Assembly (NCBI GenBank): GCA_905178155.1
Contig: CAJINV010000007.1
Coordinates: forward strand, 3,490,265-3,554,264
Direction of reading: 5' to 3'
DNA: 64,000 nt
From: Amoebophrya sp. A120
Lineage: Eukaryota; Protista; Dinoflagellata
Below the pieces are notes generated by a model, which was not told where the DNA came from, did not search any database, and was given only the letters and a program-made list of their open reading frames with translations. How positions within the stretch are numbered: the stretch's first letter is position 1; every line of letters begins with the position of its first letter. Below, one piece after another: positions 35,699 through 47,973 of the stretch. A program made the translations under genes and the position numbers.

Positions 35699-36594
35699 AA
35701 GTAAGCGAACTGTTACAGCTCCTGATTCGCATGTTCTCACCAGGCACACACTTGTGCAGTGGCGTGATTTTATTTGAATTGTGCCGCAATTATAACACTA
35801 AAGTGTCAAGCTTGACATTTGTGTCAATTAGGTCATTGACGATGAGCGCACGCATTACAATTTCAGTCAGTGTTCTTGTTCTCTATCTCTACCAAAGGAC
35901 GTGGCCGAGCCGTTCGGTAAAGTAGGAGGTGGGCACCGAAAGATTGGGCTCCCGTTGAGCAACAACCAGGCAGCACTCGGTATTATTCTATTTTCCTTCT
36001 AGTTCATGCTCATGGACGAATCGTCAACATGCTGGAAATTATAAATATGATTATGATCATATCAAATGGAAATGACTGTGGATCCCTATCTAGGTCGGTG
36101 GGAGATCAGATGTGGCAAATGAATATCCAGACGGAACAAGAATCGGTAAGGACAACTGATCGACTGCGCAGAAATTTACGATTATGCTCGAGAATGATCC
36201 ACAGTACCAGCGTTAGAGATCAAACCCCATCTTCATAATTCCACCGCGACATCAGCACCGTTGATTTTTACAGTTGGAAGATTTATTCGTATACTATTTG
36301 CCATTGAGGACCACTTTCACGACGAACGCAGCATTCAGTCGCTTCGTTCCTTCAATCCCTTGTAGTTCCTGTGCTCATCGACTTACTTCCACACCGACTT
36401 GATTTATTGTCACGACTTTGAGGTGGCTTGCGCGCGGTTATTTTCACGTAAGTACACGCAACGTTAGCGCATTTCTCTTTCTGTATTAAGTATTCTGCTT
36501 AAGCTTATTTCTCTCGTCTACTCGACTCGTAATTTTTCCTTGCTGTTCACTTCTAGCTTGTCGAAAAATCCCTTTAAGTAGGTTCATTTCCAAA

Positions 36595-38244
36595 ATGCAA
36601 CGTCGCTCTTGTTCGCTCGGGCCGTTCGGCTCAAAAACTGCAGTCCGTTTGGTGTCTTTAAGCCAGATTTTCTCTTTGGTCTGCCAACTTGTCGATGCCA
36701 GTGCGGCGGGGGCTACGGCAACACAGCCACAAAGCTGCATTGGACGTTTCTGCAGCAAACTTGCGGGTCGTAACAGCCGGAACCGAGGTTCGGGTGCAGT
36801 CCCACTTCTGGCTCCTGCAACTTCTGTCGACCCGAGTTCTCCTCCACGCTCAAGTTCGTCTGAACGTGAATTCAGTGCAGACTCTGCTCCTCGGAGCGCG
36901 GCAGTATATACGATGCAGCCTCAGCGGCTGCGTCAGGAGCGGTGTGATCCGTCGAAATTTCGTTTTACAGCTTTGCCTGAGGAGTTGCAATTGAAAAGTC
37001 TTGAGTGCCTCCAGGATGGAATCACGGATGAAGATCCCGTGCGCAGCTTCCGGCACAACCCGGCATCTGTAACTTTCCGCAAGAACCCCGGGCTGAAGGC
37101 GTTACGCAACCTCCTGCAGGATGTGGAAGGGCCCGCAAGAAATTGGTGGTCCAATTGTCCGCCAGGAGGACAAGCTTCGGAGCCGTTTCCTGAAACGCTT
37201 GTAGCACAGAGTGAGCTGTTGCAAGCTCGTGTCCGAAACATCAGTGCAGTACAGCAGGCGGTGCGAGCGCGAGCCGAAGGACGAGATGGAGGTTACCCTG
37301 TCGGAAAATGGTTCCAGGACCAGTTGGAGCGTATTGCGGGCTTAGAACGAGGCAGTTTGTTTTCGGACGTGGCGCCTGCGCGCAAAGGCCTCCTCGAGTC
37401 TATTCTTGTCGCTGTGGAAACGAAACTTGGCTCCGCGGTCCGCAAGGCTGAACAGATCCGAAACGGGTTTGATGACGGTGAGGCGGAGGCCGGACATGCA
37501 GAGCAAATATTTGAGTATGAAGATAATGACGGGCAAGGCAAATATGAGATATCGATCAGAAACGCCATGCACCTGCCAAATCGTGGGCGCGGCTTTGTTG
37601 TTAGCCTGGAAATTCTGTCGAACGAGTTTAGTGATGACGTCATGCGAATTATCCTCCAGAAAAGCGTGCCCCACGCCCCAAAGCCAAGATGGAACATCAA
37701 TCTGCTACATACGCAAATGGAGAAGGTTTTGCTGTTGCGCATTACAACATTGGGCCTCCTCCAGCGTAGTGGTGATTGGCTACTGAAGTCGCGTCGCAAG
37801 ACCTTGATCATCTGACCCTAATTAACAAAGCCTGACAAATCCCCAGATGCTGGCATTAGAGACTGTCGTTATGGCGGGGTTCTTGCGCATGAGAAACATT
37901 GTGCGTCGTGGCATGCAGTAGATGTGCTTGACAAATGTTGGGTGGGGACGTTTTTACACAGGATGCAAATGCTCAGCCACTGGTGGTACGACCGCACTAG
38001 TGATGATTGGGGACGAAATCTTCATTGGGTTCCCCTTCGCCTAGCTGAAAACGAAGCGCAGACGCTCCGATTCCCCGTGGTCAGCCCGCTCGTTATTAGA
38101 CGCCCACATGTGCCACGGCCGGGAAACCCAAACGGGGACCTGTATTTTGGAGTGAAATTCGATCAAGGCGACGAAACCGGGAACGGCCGCTGGGGAGTCA
38201 GTATTTTCTTCGTCCCCGACCGCACGCGCGACGAAAACTCCTAA
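36595..38244 (+). CDS. Hypothetical protein with a signal-like N-terminus and an F-box-like motif
   Basis: Exons 36595-37649 and 37971-38244 join in frame (DVMR|MLSHWW). FTALPEELQLKSLECL resembles an F-box start. Confidence 0.6.
37650..37965. mobile_element. Degenerate introner, family C2 (316 bp, TSD CGAAT/CAAAT)
   Basis: TATCCTCCAGAAAAGCGTGCCCCA ... TGGGGACGTTTTTACACAGGATG. The right end resembles that of 62784-63062. Confidence 0.7.
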
Positions 38245-40236
38245 GGAGAAAGCGGAGGCGCGCAATAAAACTCCATGCTACGTCCTCGAATTGGTGTCGA
38301 AGATGCTTTCGAGCCTTTTTTTTTGTATGAAAAATTGTAGTGATCTACTCAGGCTACAGTGACCTACTCAGACTTCCTTTTTTGATTTTACATTGCAATA
38401 TAAGAAATTGCAGAAGTAGATCTGGCTTGATTTCCTTGATCAAGCTGTTGAAACACGGGGCGGGATGAAAATAAAAGTACTATATTTCTGCTCTGCTTTC
38501 GAAGGAGCATTCTGCTAGGGCGCGTCAAACCCTTAACTCTAGAGCCGGCCCCTAGATGAATCAGTATTTACCGAATTGAAGAAAGGACTAACCCGTGTTC
38601 GTCGTCCATGATAAGGAAGTTTTCAAGAACGCTGCCTGGATTTCTTGTAATTACGCCTCCGCTAGGAAGTACTACGCAAGAGCAGTCCTATGTAAGTTTT
38701 TACCCCAGTGCCGCGGATATCCACTATTTTAATTTCTAGAGTAGCTTTCGAATTCGGAGTTGCAGACGAGATTAACGGCATCTTGTTCCACTAGTAGGGA
38801 AAGGGAACGAGAGTGGACGAGGAAGTGCCCTTGGTTTTTCTGAAGCAGAAGCACGACTTATTGGTGGAAAACTAGACATTCACTTGTAGAAAGGTAGACA
38901 GTTCCCTGACAGTATCTCGCTCACCTAGCACATTTTTTTGACTTTCTTGAAGCAGCCAGGCAATCTACTGCCAGTCCCATCATGGACTGTCCGCGCCTTC
39001 CATTTTTATGGAGTGCTTGAAGTACTTCGACCATGAGCTGACAAACCTCAATAACTACCCTGCGTGGACATGCATCATTATATTGGACCCACGAAATTTT
39101 ATGAGTACACGTCTGACGCCCACACCGTGGCGCAGGAGTGCCGCGATAGCGCCGGCGGTCGCCACCGTATCAGGAGGCGGGCCACACGCACGCACCGGCG
39201 ACGGCTGAAATAAAAAATTGGGTTCTTTTACTTGAACAACCAATCGGTACATATTTGTCCTACTGGTTCTACTTGCGTGGTCGTGGAATTTGGCGCGGAA
39301 ATCATATGTAGTGTAGGCGGTCTTGTTCTTCGGCATTGCAACTGCAAGAGCGCACCAGGTCCATCACGTTCTTTCTCTTTGGTGCGCGCAATGCATGGTC
39401 GTCGCGCCGATCGGTACTTAACTTCCACTTTTGCCCGACGAACCTGAACGAGGTATGAGCTGCTGATTATGACCGTTCTCGTCTCGGTGGATCCCGAACC
39501 CACTTTGTGCGAGGGTCGATCATCGAAGATATTAAATTTGGATCGATCAGCTGGCAGTCTTGATGCTTGCTGCGAGCATCAGAGTTCATGGCTCATGAGT
39601 TAAAAGGAAGTCGCAGTGCAGCTAGCTTTTGATGTTCTTTCTTTTTCGTCGCATGAGATGCCTCCGTGTTTTTTTCCCCGGAAAGTAGAACAAATGGAAA
39701 TTATTAATGGGCCACGAGGGTTGAACGATAGCGAACGACTTGCTTGGCCATGGCCAGTTTATGAGGTTTTTTGGAACTCATTAAAATGTAGAGGAAGGAG
39801 GACTTTTTTTGGACTCAACAGCAAAGATTCTTTTCGTTTTCTACTTTCATGCTTAAAACTACTCTACTAAAAGATAAGACTCTCTGTTTTTGCGACCGGA
39901 AGATCAACAACAAGACAACGCACCAGCAGAAAGCAGAAGCTCCGCTGCAGCGTATTGTCAGCAAACGGGATGGACACCAACAACACCACCTACCAAGAAT
40001 TATTGATGGCACCCTCGTTGACAGATGAGCCCCACGAGGGACCACGGTGACCCCTCTTCAGCGTGAAAGCAAACCCCTCCTAAGGAGACAGAGAAGAGTG
40101 GCCGCCTCCCTTGCGCGGCGACGCGGATCCTGCTCTTGACCTTGCGGCTCTACAACGTCAACTGCGTCGCTCTGCCGCACGACGAACCGCGCACACAGTC
40201 AAGAAGCAACAACCTCCAAAATCGGCCACCAAAAGG

Positions 40237-43200
40237 ATGTCCGAAGACGGTTATGTCTCTTGTAACGATCGGAATTCGAGTCGCAGTTCGGGTTGTAAGA
40301 ATGAAACTACGACCCCGAGCACCAATTCCGACGACGGGCACTTGTTTGAGTGCTCGCCCTGTGAGCCCGACCCAAACGCGAGCAACAGTAGCACTGATGA
40401 GGAAGGAGAGCAGCTGCAACAGGGTATTATTCTTAGGAGAACCTCAAGTCAATACTAGCCTTATCCCGCTTCCCGTGTCCAGTAACCTGCAGACTTAATA
40501 GTATTCCGCTAGATGAATAGTAGCACTCAGCGTGTCTCTGTGGAGAATCGTTGTCGGCGCTTCAGCACAGGCAGGCCCATCTGCCGGCGATTTTCAAAGC
40601 GTCAGAACGGCTTCGGCACGATCCGGCACCGGCCGGCGCGGTGGGCAGGTTGGCCTTTGCCGTCATCTTGCATGCTGGCACCGGCGTGGCCGCGATCTGG
40701 CGGCGGGGGGCGGGCATGGTCGGGCACCGGCTTGGCCAGGGCCCGACACCGGCGTGGCCAGGGTCCGGCACCGGCTTGGGCATGATCGGCCACCGGCACG
40801 GTCATGCCCATGACCTGGCACCGGCGTGGCCACGACCTGGCACCGCCTTGGCCATGATTTGGCTGGCACCGGCTTGGCCGCGGCCTGGCACTTGCAGGCA
40901 TGGCCATGATTCCGCACCGGTTTGGCTATGCTCTGGCACAGGCAGGCAGGCTTGGCCGTGATTCATCTGGCAACGGCTTGGCCACGGCCTGGCACCGGCT
41001 TGGCCATGTTCTGGCACCGGCTTGGCCATGATTTGGCGCCGGCGTCGGCTTGGGCACGACCCGGAGCCGGCAGGCTTGGCCTTGCCATGACCTGGAGCCG
41101 GCTCGGCCATGGCCTGAGCGGGCGCCGGCCTTGCCGTGATCTGGCACCGACCGGCCTGGCCACGACCTGGCACCGGCTTGGCAGTGGTGTGGCACCGGCC
41201 TGGCCATGTCCTGACATGGGCCTGGCCATGATCTGGCACCGGCTTGGCCATGAGCTTCCTGGCGCCGGCTTGGCCGTGATCCATCTGGCACCGGCTCGGC
41301 CATGATCTGGCGCCGGCCTTGCCGCGACCTGGCACCGGACGGCTTGGCCATGATCTGGCGCCGGGTTGGCCATGATGTGGCACGGGGCGGGCGGGGCCAC
41401 GACCTGGAACCGGCTTGGCCATGATCTGGCACCGGCTTGGCCCTGATCTCATCAGGCGCCGGCCTGGCCATGATCTCTCTGGCGCCGGCCTGGCCACGAC
41501 CTGGCACCGGCTTGGCCACGATCTGGCACCGGCTTGGCCATGATCTGGCACCGGCTTGGCCATGACCTGGCACCGGTTGGCTGGCAGGCTTGGCCATGAT
41601 CTGGCATGCGGGCGCTGGCAGGTTTGGCCATGATCTGGCACCGGCTGGCTCGACAGGCTTTGGTCATGATCTGGCACCGGCTTGGCCACGGCCTGGCACC
41701 GAGTTGGCAGGCTTTGGCCATGATCTGGCACCGGCTTGGCCACGACCTGGCACCGGCGGGCTTGGCCACGATCTGGCGCCGGCTGGGCCATGAAGATCTG
41801 GAACCGGGCGGCCTGGCCATGATCTGGAAGCGGCTTGGCCATGATCTGGCGCCGGCTTTGCCATGATCTGTCATGCGGAAACACCCCGGGCGGATTTTTG
41901 TTCTAAAATGTGGCTAATTTTTCCGGGATTTCAAAAATTCCGGGCGCCCTTTCCGGCAGGCCCCACCGGCAACAGCCCGAGGCCCACAAAATTGCCCCGC
42001 TCGCCCTCTCATGCGCCTCGGCTGTGTTGCCGCTGTTCGGCTTTTGGGCCTCTAGGTTGGTCGTGGACGTGGTGTCCAGAGGTTTTCCAAGTTTTAAAAT
42101 TTAAAAATTCGGGCTGTTTTTCACGGAAAAGTGGTCCACACAATTTTCCAAAGCTTTTCGGGGTTTGTTGGAGAATCAGTGTGGTGGATGTTTGGGTTGT
42201 GTATGGGGCACAGTATCGGGGGCTGGAGGTCAAGGTGTGCCGTTTTCGAATGTGAAGCGGCGCGCGATTTTGTGTGTTGCCACTTCGCATTCCGCTGGCG
42301 TTTTGGTTTGTATCTCTCGTGGGATAGAAGATGTTGCTCGCCCCTCGGAACATGATGCTCGACATGCACGTCGAGCATCATCTTCCAAGATCACCCACAA
42401 CAACGCATGTCGGGTGAGGGAATGTCGGGAAGTCCAATTTTAGAAGATCCGAACAACTTCGGTTTTCGGCTTCTAAAACTGGGCACTTTCGGATTCTAAA
42501 GTCCCGGGCGCGCACCTTCTAAAACCACAAAACTCGCAAATCCTGCGGGATTTTGCGCTATCGGTGGTTTTAGAGGATTTTTTAGAGGACGGGCAAGGTC
42601 CGGGTTTTTCCGCCTCCGGAAGCGATTTTAGAGGGCATTTTAGAAGAATCCGGGCGAAAAATTAGAAGTGGCTTTTAGAGGTGGTTTTTAGAAACCACTT
42701 TTAGGGACCACTTTTAGAGGCGGAAAGTAGAGACGGGTTTTAGAGACGCATTTTAGAGACGGATTTTAGAGGCGCATTTTAGAGGCGCACTTTAGAGGCG
42801 CATTTTAGAGAGGGAAATTAGAGGCCAATTTTAGAGGCCGGAATTAGAGGATGGCTGCAGAGGGCATGGCAATGGGTGGCGTTGTGCATGGTCTGCTTGT
42901 CCGCGCCTTCAGGTCGTGGCGACTTCCTCTGTGGAGTTTCGTGTCGAGCCGAGGCATTGACCACTCGGTGTCCGGAGTGGGTTGTGGTAGTGCCTTTCCG
43001 CGTCTCATCTAGTTCTTCATGAGTATGACTCTTTGGGGATGTCCTGTTCGCAGTCTGGGTTCTTCCTCTTCGCGTCATTTCGTTAGCCCCTCGCCGGACT
43101 CTCCTTCCCGCTGTCGCTTTTCGTTTCATCCGCCGATGGGGAATTTGGGTGGGCCTTTTTTTTTGAAAACCGGAAAAATTAGAAGGATATTAGAAAGGAA

Positions 43201-46200
43201 AACCGCCCGGGCGTTTTCCGCATGAGATCTGGCACCGTCTTGGCAGGCTTTGGCCATGATCTGGAACCGGCTTGGCGCTGATCTGGCACCGGCTTGGCCA
43301 TGATGCATGTGGCACCCACGCACCGGCTTGGCAGGTTTTGGCCATGATCTGGCACCGGCTTGGCCGCGATCTGGCACCGGCTTGGCTATGATCTGGCACC
43401 GGCCCGGCCATGATCTGGCACCGGCTTGGCAGGCTTTGGCCATGTTTTGGCACCGGCTTGGCCGCGACCTGGCACCGGCTTGGCCACGACCTGGCACCGC
43501 CTCGGCCATGATTTGGCACCGGCATGGCCATGATCTGGCACCGGCGGGCTTGGCGGGCTTTGGTCATGATCTGGCAACGGCCGGCGGGCTTGGCCACGAC
43601 CGGGCACCGGCAGGCTTGGCAATGATCTGGCACCGGCTTGGCCATGATCTGGCATCGGCATGGCCACAGTCTGGCACCGGCTTGGCCACGACCTTCCTGG
43701 CACCGGGCGGCTTGGCCATGATCCGGAACCGGCCGGCTGGCAGGCTTGGCCGTGATCTGGCACCGGCTTGGCAGCCTCTGGCCATGATCTGGCGCCAGCC
43801 TTGGCACGGCCTGCCCTGGCACCGGCTTGGCCATCATCTGGCATCGGCTTGGGCACGACCCGGCACCGGCTGGCAGGCTTGGCCATAATCTGGCACCGGC
43901 TTGGCAGGCTTGGCCATGATCTGGCACCGGCTTGGCAGGCTTTGGCCATGATCTGGCACCGGCTTGGCCACGACCTGGCACCGGCTTGGCCATGATCTGG
44001 CACCGGCTTGGCTATGACCTGGCACCGGCTCGGCAGGTTTTGGCCATGATCTGGCACCGGCTTGGCCATGATCTGGCACCAGCTTGGCCATGATCTGGCA
44101 CCGGCTTGGCCACGACCTGGCATCGGCTTGGTCATGATCTGGCAACGGCTTGGCCATGATCTGGCAACGGCTGGCAGGCTTGGCCATGCATGATCTGGCA
44201 CCGGCTTGGCAGGTTTCCTCTGGCCACGACCTGGCGCCGGCTCGTGTTTCGAGGTTAGTTGCGTTTCGCACGTTGCTGCCCCGCCTCGAGGCTTCGCTGC
44301 TTCGGGGCTTCGCTGCTTCGGGGCTTCGTTGCTTCGGGGCTCCGCTGCTTCGAGGCTTCGCTGCTTCGGGGCTTCGCTGCTTCGGGGCCTCGAGGCTTCG
44401 CTGCTTCGAGGCTTCGAGGCTCTGCGGCTTCGAGGCTCTGCGGCCTCGAGGCTTCGCTGCTCCGAGGCTTCGCTGCTTCGAGGCTTCGCTGCTCCGAGGC
44501 TTCGCTGCTTCGAGGTTTCGCTGCTTCGAGGTTTCGCTGCTTCGAGGCTTTGCTGCTTCGAGGCTTTGCCGCTTCGAGGCTTCGCTGCTTCGGGACTTCG
44601 CTGCTTCGGGGCTTCGCTGCTTCGGGGCTTCGAGGCTTCGCTGCTTGTTCGAGGCTTCGTTGCTTGTTCGAGGATTCGCCGCTTGTTCGAGGATTCGCTG
44701 CTTGTTCGAGGCTTCGCAGCTTGTTCGAGGCTTCGCTGCTTGTTTGAGGCTTCGCTGCTTGTTCGAGGCTTCGTTGCTTGTTCGAGGCTTCGCTGCTTGT
44801 TCGAGGCTTCGCTGCTTCGAGGCTTCGCTGCTTCGAGGCTTCGCTGCTTCGAGGCTTCGCTGCTTCGAGGTTTCGCTGCTTCGAGGCTTCGCTGCTTCGA
44901 GGTTTCGCTGCTTCGAGGTTTCGCCGGCCGCTTCGAGGCTTCGCCGGCCGCTTCGAGGCTTCGCCGCTTCGGGGCTTCGCTGCTTCGAGGGTTCGCTGCT
45001 TCGAGGGTTCGCTGCTCCGGGGCTTCGCTGCTTTGGGGCTTCGGGGCTTCGAGGCTTCGCCGCTTGTTCGAGGCTTCGCCGCTTGTTCGAGGCTTCGCTG
45101 CTTGTTCGAGGATTCGCTGCCTGTTCGAGGATTCGCTGCTTGTTCGAGGCTGCGCTGCTTCGAGGCTGCGCTGCTTCGAGGCTTCGCCGCTTCGAGGCTT
45201 CGCTGCTTCGAGGCTTCGCCGCTTCGAGGCTTCGCTGCTTCGAGGCTTGGCTGCTTCGAGGCTTCGCTGCTTCGAGGCTGCGCTGCTTCGAGGCTGCGCT
45301 GCTTCGGGGCTGCGCTGCTTCGAGGCTTTGCTGCTTCGCCGCTTCGAGGCTTCGCCGCTTCGCCGCTCCGAAGCTTCGCTGCTTCGAGGTTTCGCTGCTT
45401 CGCGGTTTCGCCGCTTCGAGGCTTCGCTGCGTGCTTCGAGGCTTCGCGGCTTCGCTGCTTCCTTCGGCGTTTCGAGGCCTCATCGTTTCGAGGCTTCGCC
45501 GCTTAGAAGCTTGGGCACTTTGTCTGCATTTCGTTTTTGTTGTTTTTCGTTTCTATTCTTTGTTTTTGTTTTTTGTTTTCATTCTTTGTTTTCATTCTTT
45601 GTTTCCATTCTTTGTTTCCGTTTTTCGTTTCTATTCTTTGTTTTCGTTTTTCGTTTCCATTGTTTGTTTTCATTTTTCGTTTCCATTCTTTGTTTTCGTT
45701 TTTCGTTTCCATTCTTTGTTTTCGTTTTTCGTTTCCATTCTTTGTTTCCATTCTTTGTTTTCGTTTTTCGTTTCCATTCTTTGTTTTTGTTTTTCGTTTC
45801 TATTGTTTGTTTTTATTGCGGGATACTATTAAATAATGGGTTTTCTGACTTATAACTAGTCATGGTAGAGATTTGTTGTTTTGCATTGTCGTGGGCGGCT
45901 CTTTTAATTTTATGCATGAAGTTGAAGCCAGAGACAGATGCTAGATCAAGGACATGTTGATACTACCTTCCAGATGAACATAATTATACCTGCAGGAGGT
46001 CCTGCCCCCGTGGTTTCCGACATTTTTGTGAATGCGAAGAGGTACGAAAAGTTTCTGGACAAACTCCCGAAGCCCGAGTGCTTCGGCACAGTGCTGCTGG
46101 CGGATCATGTGCAAACCCGTGAGGAAAAGCAACAGTACGCGGATGACTTCACTGCTCGGTACAAGAAAGCGTCCGAGGAGGAGGCGCGGATCGTCGACCA

Positions 46201-47973
46201 CAAAAATGTCAAACCCCAGTCGAATATGCATTGCAAAAGTATCGTGCTAGTATGAATTGCAATACAAGTTGGCTCAGCATTACAACTCAAATTTGTAATG
46301 TGGATTGCCCTCAACATCTAGATTTGTAATGCAGTATCGCAATCAGTACGAGCGCGGTACTTTTGCACAGGATATCGGAAATCTACCAGCGCGATGAGCT
46401 GGAACTCCGCCGGGTCCAATTGGCGCCCCAGGTTGCCGTGTCACGAGAATGCACAAGCACCTCCTCCCTCTTCATTTCATGAAGGGCATAAGGATAAGAA
46501 TGTTAAGCAGCAACACAAGTGCTGGCATAAATGCAGCTTTTGCATGACAATAAATTCGTGACCGAATCTAGTGCTGTTTCGGCTTCCGAAGTCTGTCATG
46601 CAAGAAGTGCGAAAGAGAAAAAGGCGGTTCTGACCCTAGATCTCCTGCGTCCGAAGCTGCTTGCGGCGACGGTGCAGAGCTTTTTGATGTGGCGCAGTCG
46701 GGTAATATGCGTGACAAATGAGGGGGAGAGGGAGTTGTACTAGTTGTGCATTGTCATACGCTTGTAAAGTTTTGGATATCGGCGGCAACCAGGTCGGGAA
46801 CGTTGTCCATCTTCCCTGCTACGACATTTACCACGACCGCTACTCGGCCCATTACGCCGGGTTGAAGCTGGAGCTCATCAAGGCGGTTGCGGACAGTCGC
46901 TGCGTGGCGGTGTCCGGCACGTTCGCGCAGGTCCTGGAGCAGCAGCTGGCTCTGTCGGGGACCCCGCCTCCCACAGCTGCTGGTAGTGGTGATAATAAAA
47001 ACTACGTGTTCACGTCGGAGATGGGGAGTGCATCGGCAGGAGGCGCTACTTCGAGTTCTTCTTCTTCTACAATCAACAGTTCTACTCCTACAACATCAAG
47101 CCGTGTGTTCGCCTGGGAGCCGAATGCGTCCGTTCCCTACGAGTACGCGCGCTACCCGACCATTGTCTTCCAAAACTCCCACAACATCTACCATTGTCCG
47201 GACGACACCAAGAAAAGTAAGTGGGCGGCGGGCGATGCAACAGCGGGCAAAGGAACTACCGAGGTGAATCCACGACCGCCGACCACGAGCAATTATTCCA
47301 AGCGCCTGGAGAACAGTTGCCTCAAGTTCGCTTTCTCCTTCTGCCCGGACAAGGGGCACTTGGTCCACTGGGGCTGGATCGAGTACAACACGCTGCAGAA
47401 GACAGGTTTGAAGGCCAAGGAGGAGTCGAAAAACACAGCGATGTTTCTTGGACACGAAAACCCACAAAAGCAGGAGGCGCAGTTTGGCGTCTTCCAAGGA
47501 GAGGTGCAGCTTGCGAACATTGCGCTGCCGGAGGAAGAACAACAGCTGCAGGACCAACAGCGGCTGGAGCCGCGACAGCACCGGCAGTCGAGGGGACGTG
47601 TATGGATGGTTACTTCTTAAAGGCATCGCACACGACCTCGTTCGTAGTAGTTGCAAGTATGCATTAATACTAAAGGTTTATTTGCGAAGATGAAAAGTTG
47701 GAAATCCGCCTGACAAATGTGCAAAGGTTTTTGATGTGCTGCAGTCGCCGGGTATGCAGGGCAAATTCCGTATATCCCACTGAGTAACTTTGTCATGCAA
47801 TTTTTAGTGGTGCGTGCGAATGCGATACTTTTGTATATGCATAATGTGGTCACCGAGACGATTACGCGGTCCTGGCTGGCGGCGGCGAGGCCGGAGGTCG
47901 TCGTTATCACGAACTGTTGGAGACGATGTTGGGAATATCCTGGGAACAAGTTGTAATATCGTACAACTGGTAG
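40237..47973 (+). CDS. Hypothetical multi-exon protein whose first intron is 5.6 kb
   Basis: Phase-1 GT-AG intron 40424-45995 gives QQG|GPAPVV. Later exons are 45996-46222, 46378-46438, 46761-47600 and 47849-47973, separated by introners. The start codon is uncertain. Confidence 0.5.
40607..41870 (+). repeat. 22-bp tandem satellite GGCCATGATCTGGCACCGGCTT, left part
   Basis: Dozens of adjacent, partly diverged copies, more degenerate at the 5' end. Confidence 0.95.
41871..43225. mobile_element. 1355-bp TIR element inserted in the satellite (6-bp TSD GATCTG)
   Basis: About 67-bp imperfect TIR TCATGCGGAAA..CCCGGGCGG..CTAATTTTTCCGG..TTCAAAAA. GATCTG at 41865-41870 and 43226-43231. Removal restores a satellite unit. 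Confidence 0.85.
42560..42850 (+). repeat. Internal TTTTAGAG-cored repeats (about 11-15 bp period)
   Basis: Repeated GCATTTTAGAGG-like units, with inverted TTCTAAAA-like copies around 42470-42525. Confidence 0.8.
43226..44240 (+). repeat. 22-bp tandem satellite, right part
   Basis: Same unit and orientation as 40607-41870. Confidence 0.95.
44281..45500 (+). repeat. 16-bp satellite GCTTCGCTGCTTCGAG, with 19-bp GCTTGTTCGAG variants
   Basis: Tandem array read directly. Confidence 0.95.
45525..45815 (+). repeat. T-rich satellite (about 26 bp, TTCGTTTCCATTCTTTGTTTTCGTTT)
   Basis: Tandem array read directly, with strong strand asymmetry. Confidence 0.9.
46225..46374. mobile_element. Introner, family E (150 bp, TSD TCGAA/TCGGA)
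   Basis: TATGCATTGCAAAAGTATCGTGC ... GCGCGGTACTTTTGCACAGGATA. Removal gives KPQS|EIYQR. An in-frame GT-AG alternative (46219-46370) also exists. Confidence 0.8.
46442..46758. mobile_element. Degenerate introner, family D (317 bp)
   Basis: The right end AAATGAGGGGGAGAGGGAGTTGT..TTGTGCATTGTCATA matches family D. The left TIR and TSD are decayed. Removal restores PQVA|ACKVL. Confidence 0.65.
47601..47843. mobile_element. Degenerate introner, family E (243 bp, TSD ACGTG/ATGTG)
   Basis: Right end GCGATACTTTTGTATATGCATA, left end decayed. Removal extends the frame to a stop at 47971-47973. Confidence 0.55.

Larger units (their letters stand above)
40499..45828. mobile_element. 5.3-kb satellite-filled element with short TIRs and TTAA flanks
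   Basis: TTAA|TAGTATTCCGC ... GCGGGATACTA|TTAA, with TTAA at 40495-40498 and 45829-45832. These ends bracket the whole satellite block. Confidence 0.6.

Noticed and set aside
42560-42850. Interstitial telomere
   Set aside because: The core is TTTTAGAG with irregular spacers rather than tandem TTTAGGG, and it lies inside a TIR element.
40607-44240. CRISPR array suggested by 22-bp partly palindromic repeats
   Set aside because: The units are adjacent with no unique spacers, there are no cas genes, and the context is eukaryotic. It is a satellite.
43834-45855. Long ORFs of 549-560 aa on both strands, and others over 40802-44201
   Set aside because: These arise because the satellite units lack stop codons. 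The same peptides recur in every frame.
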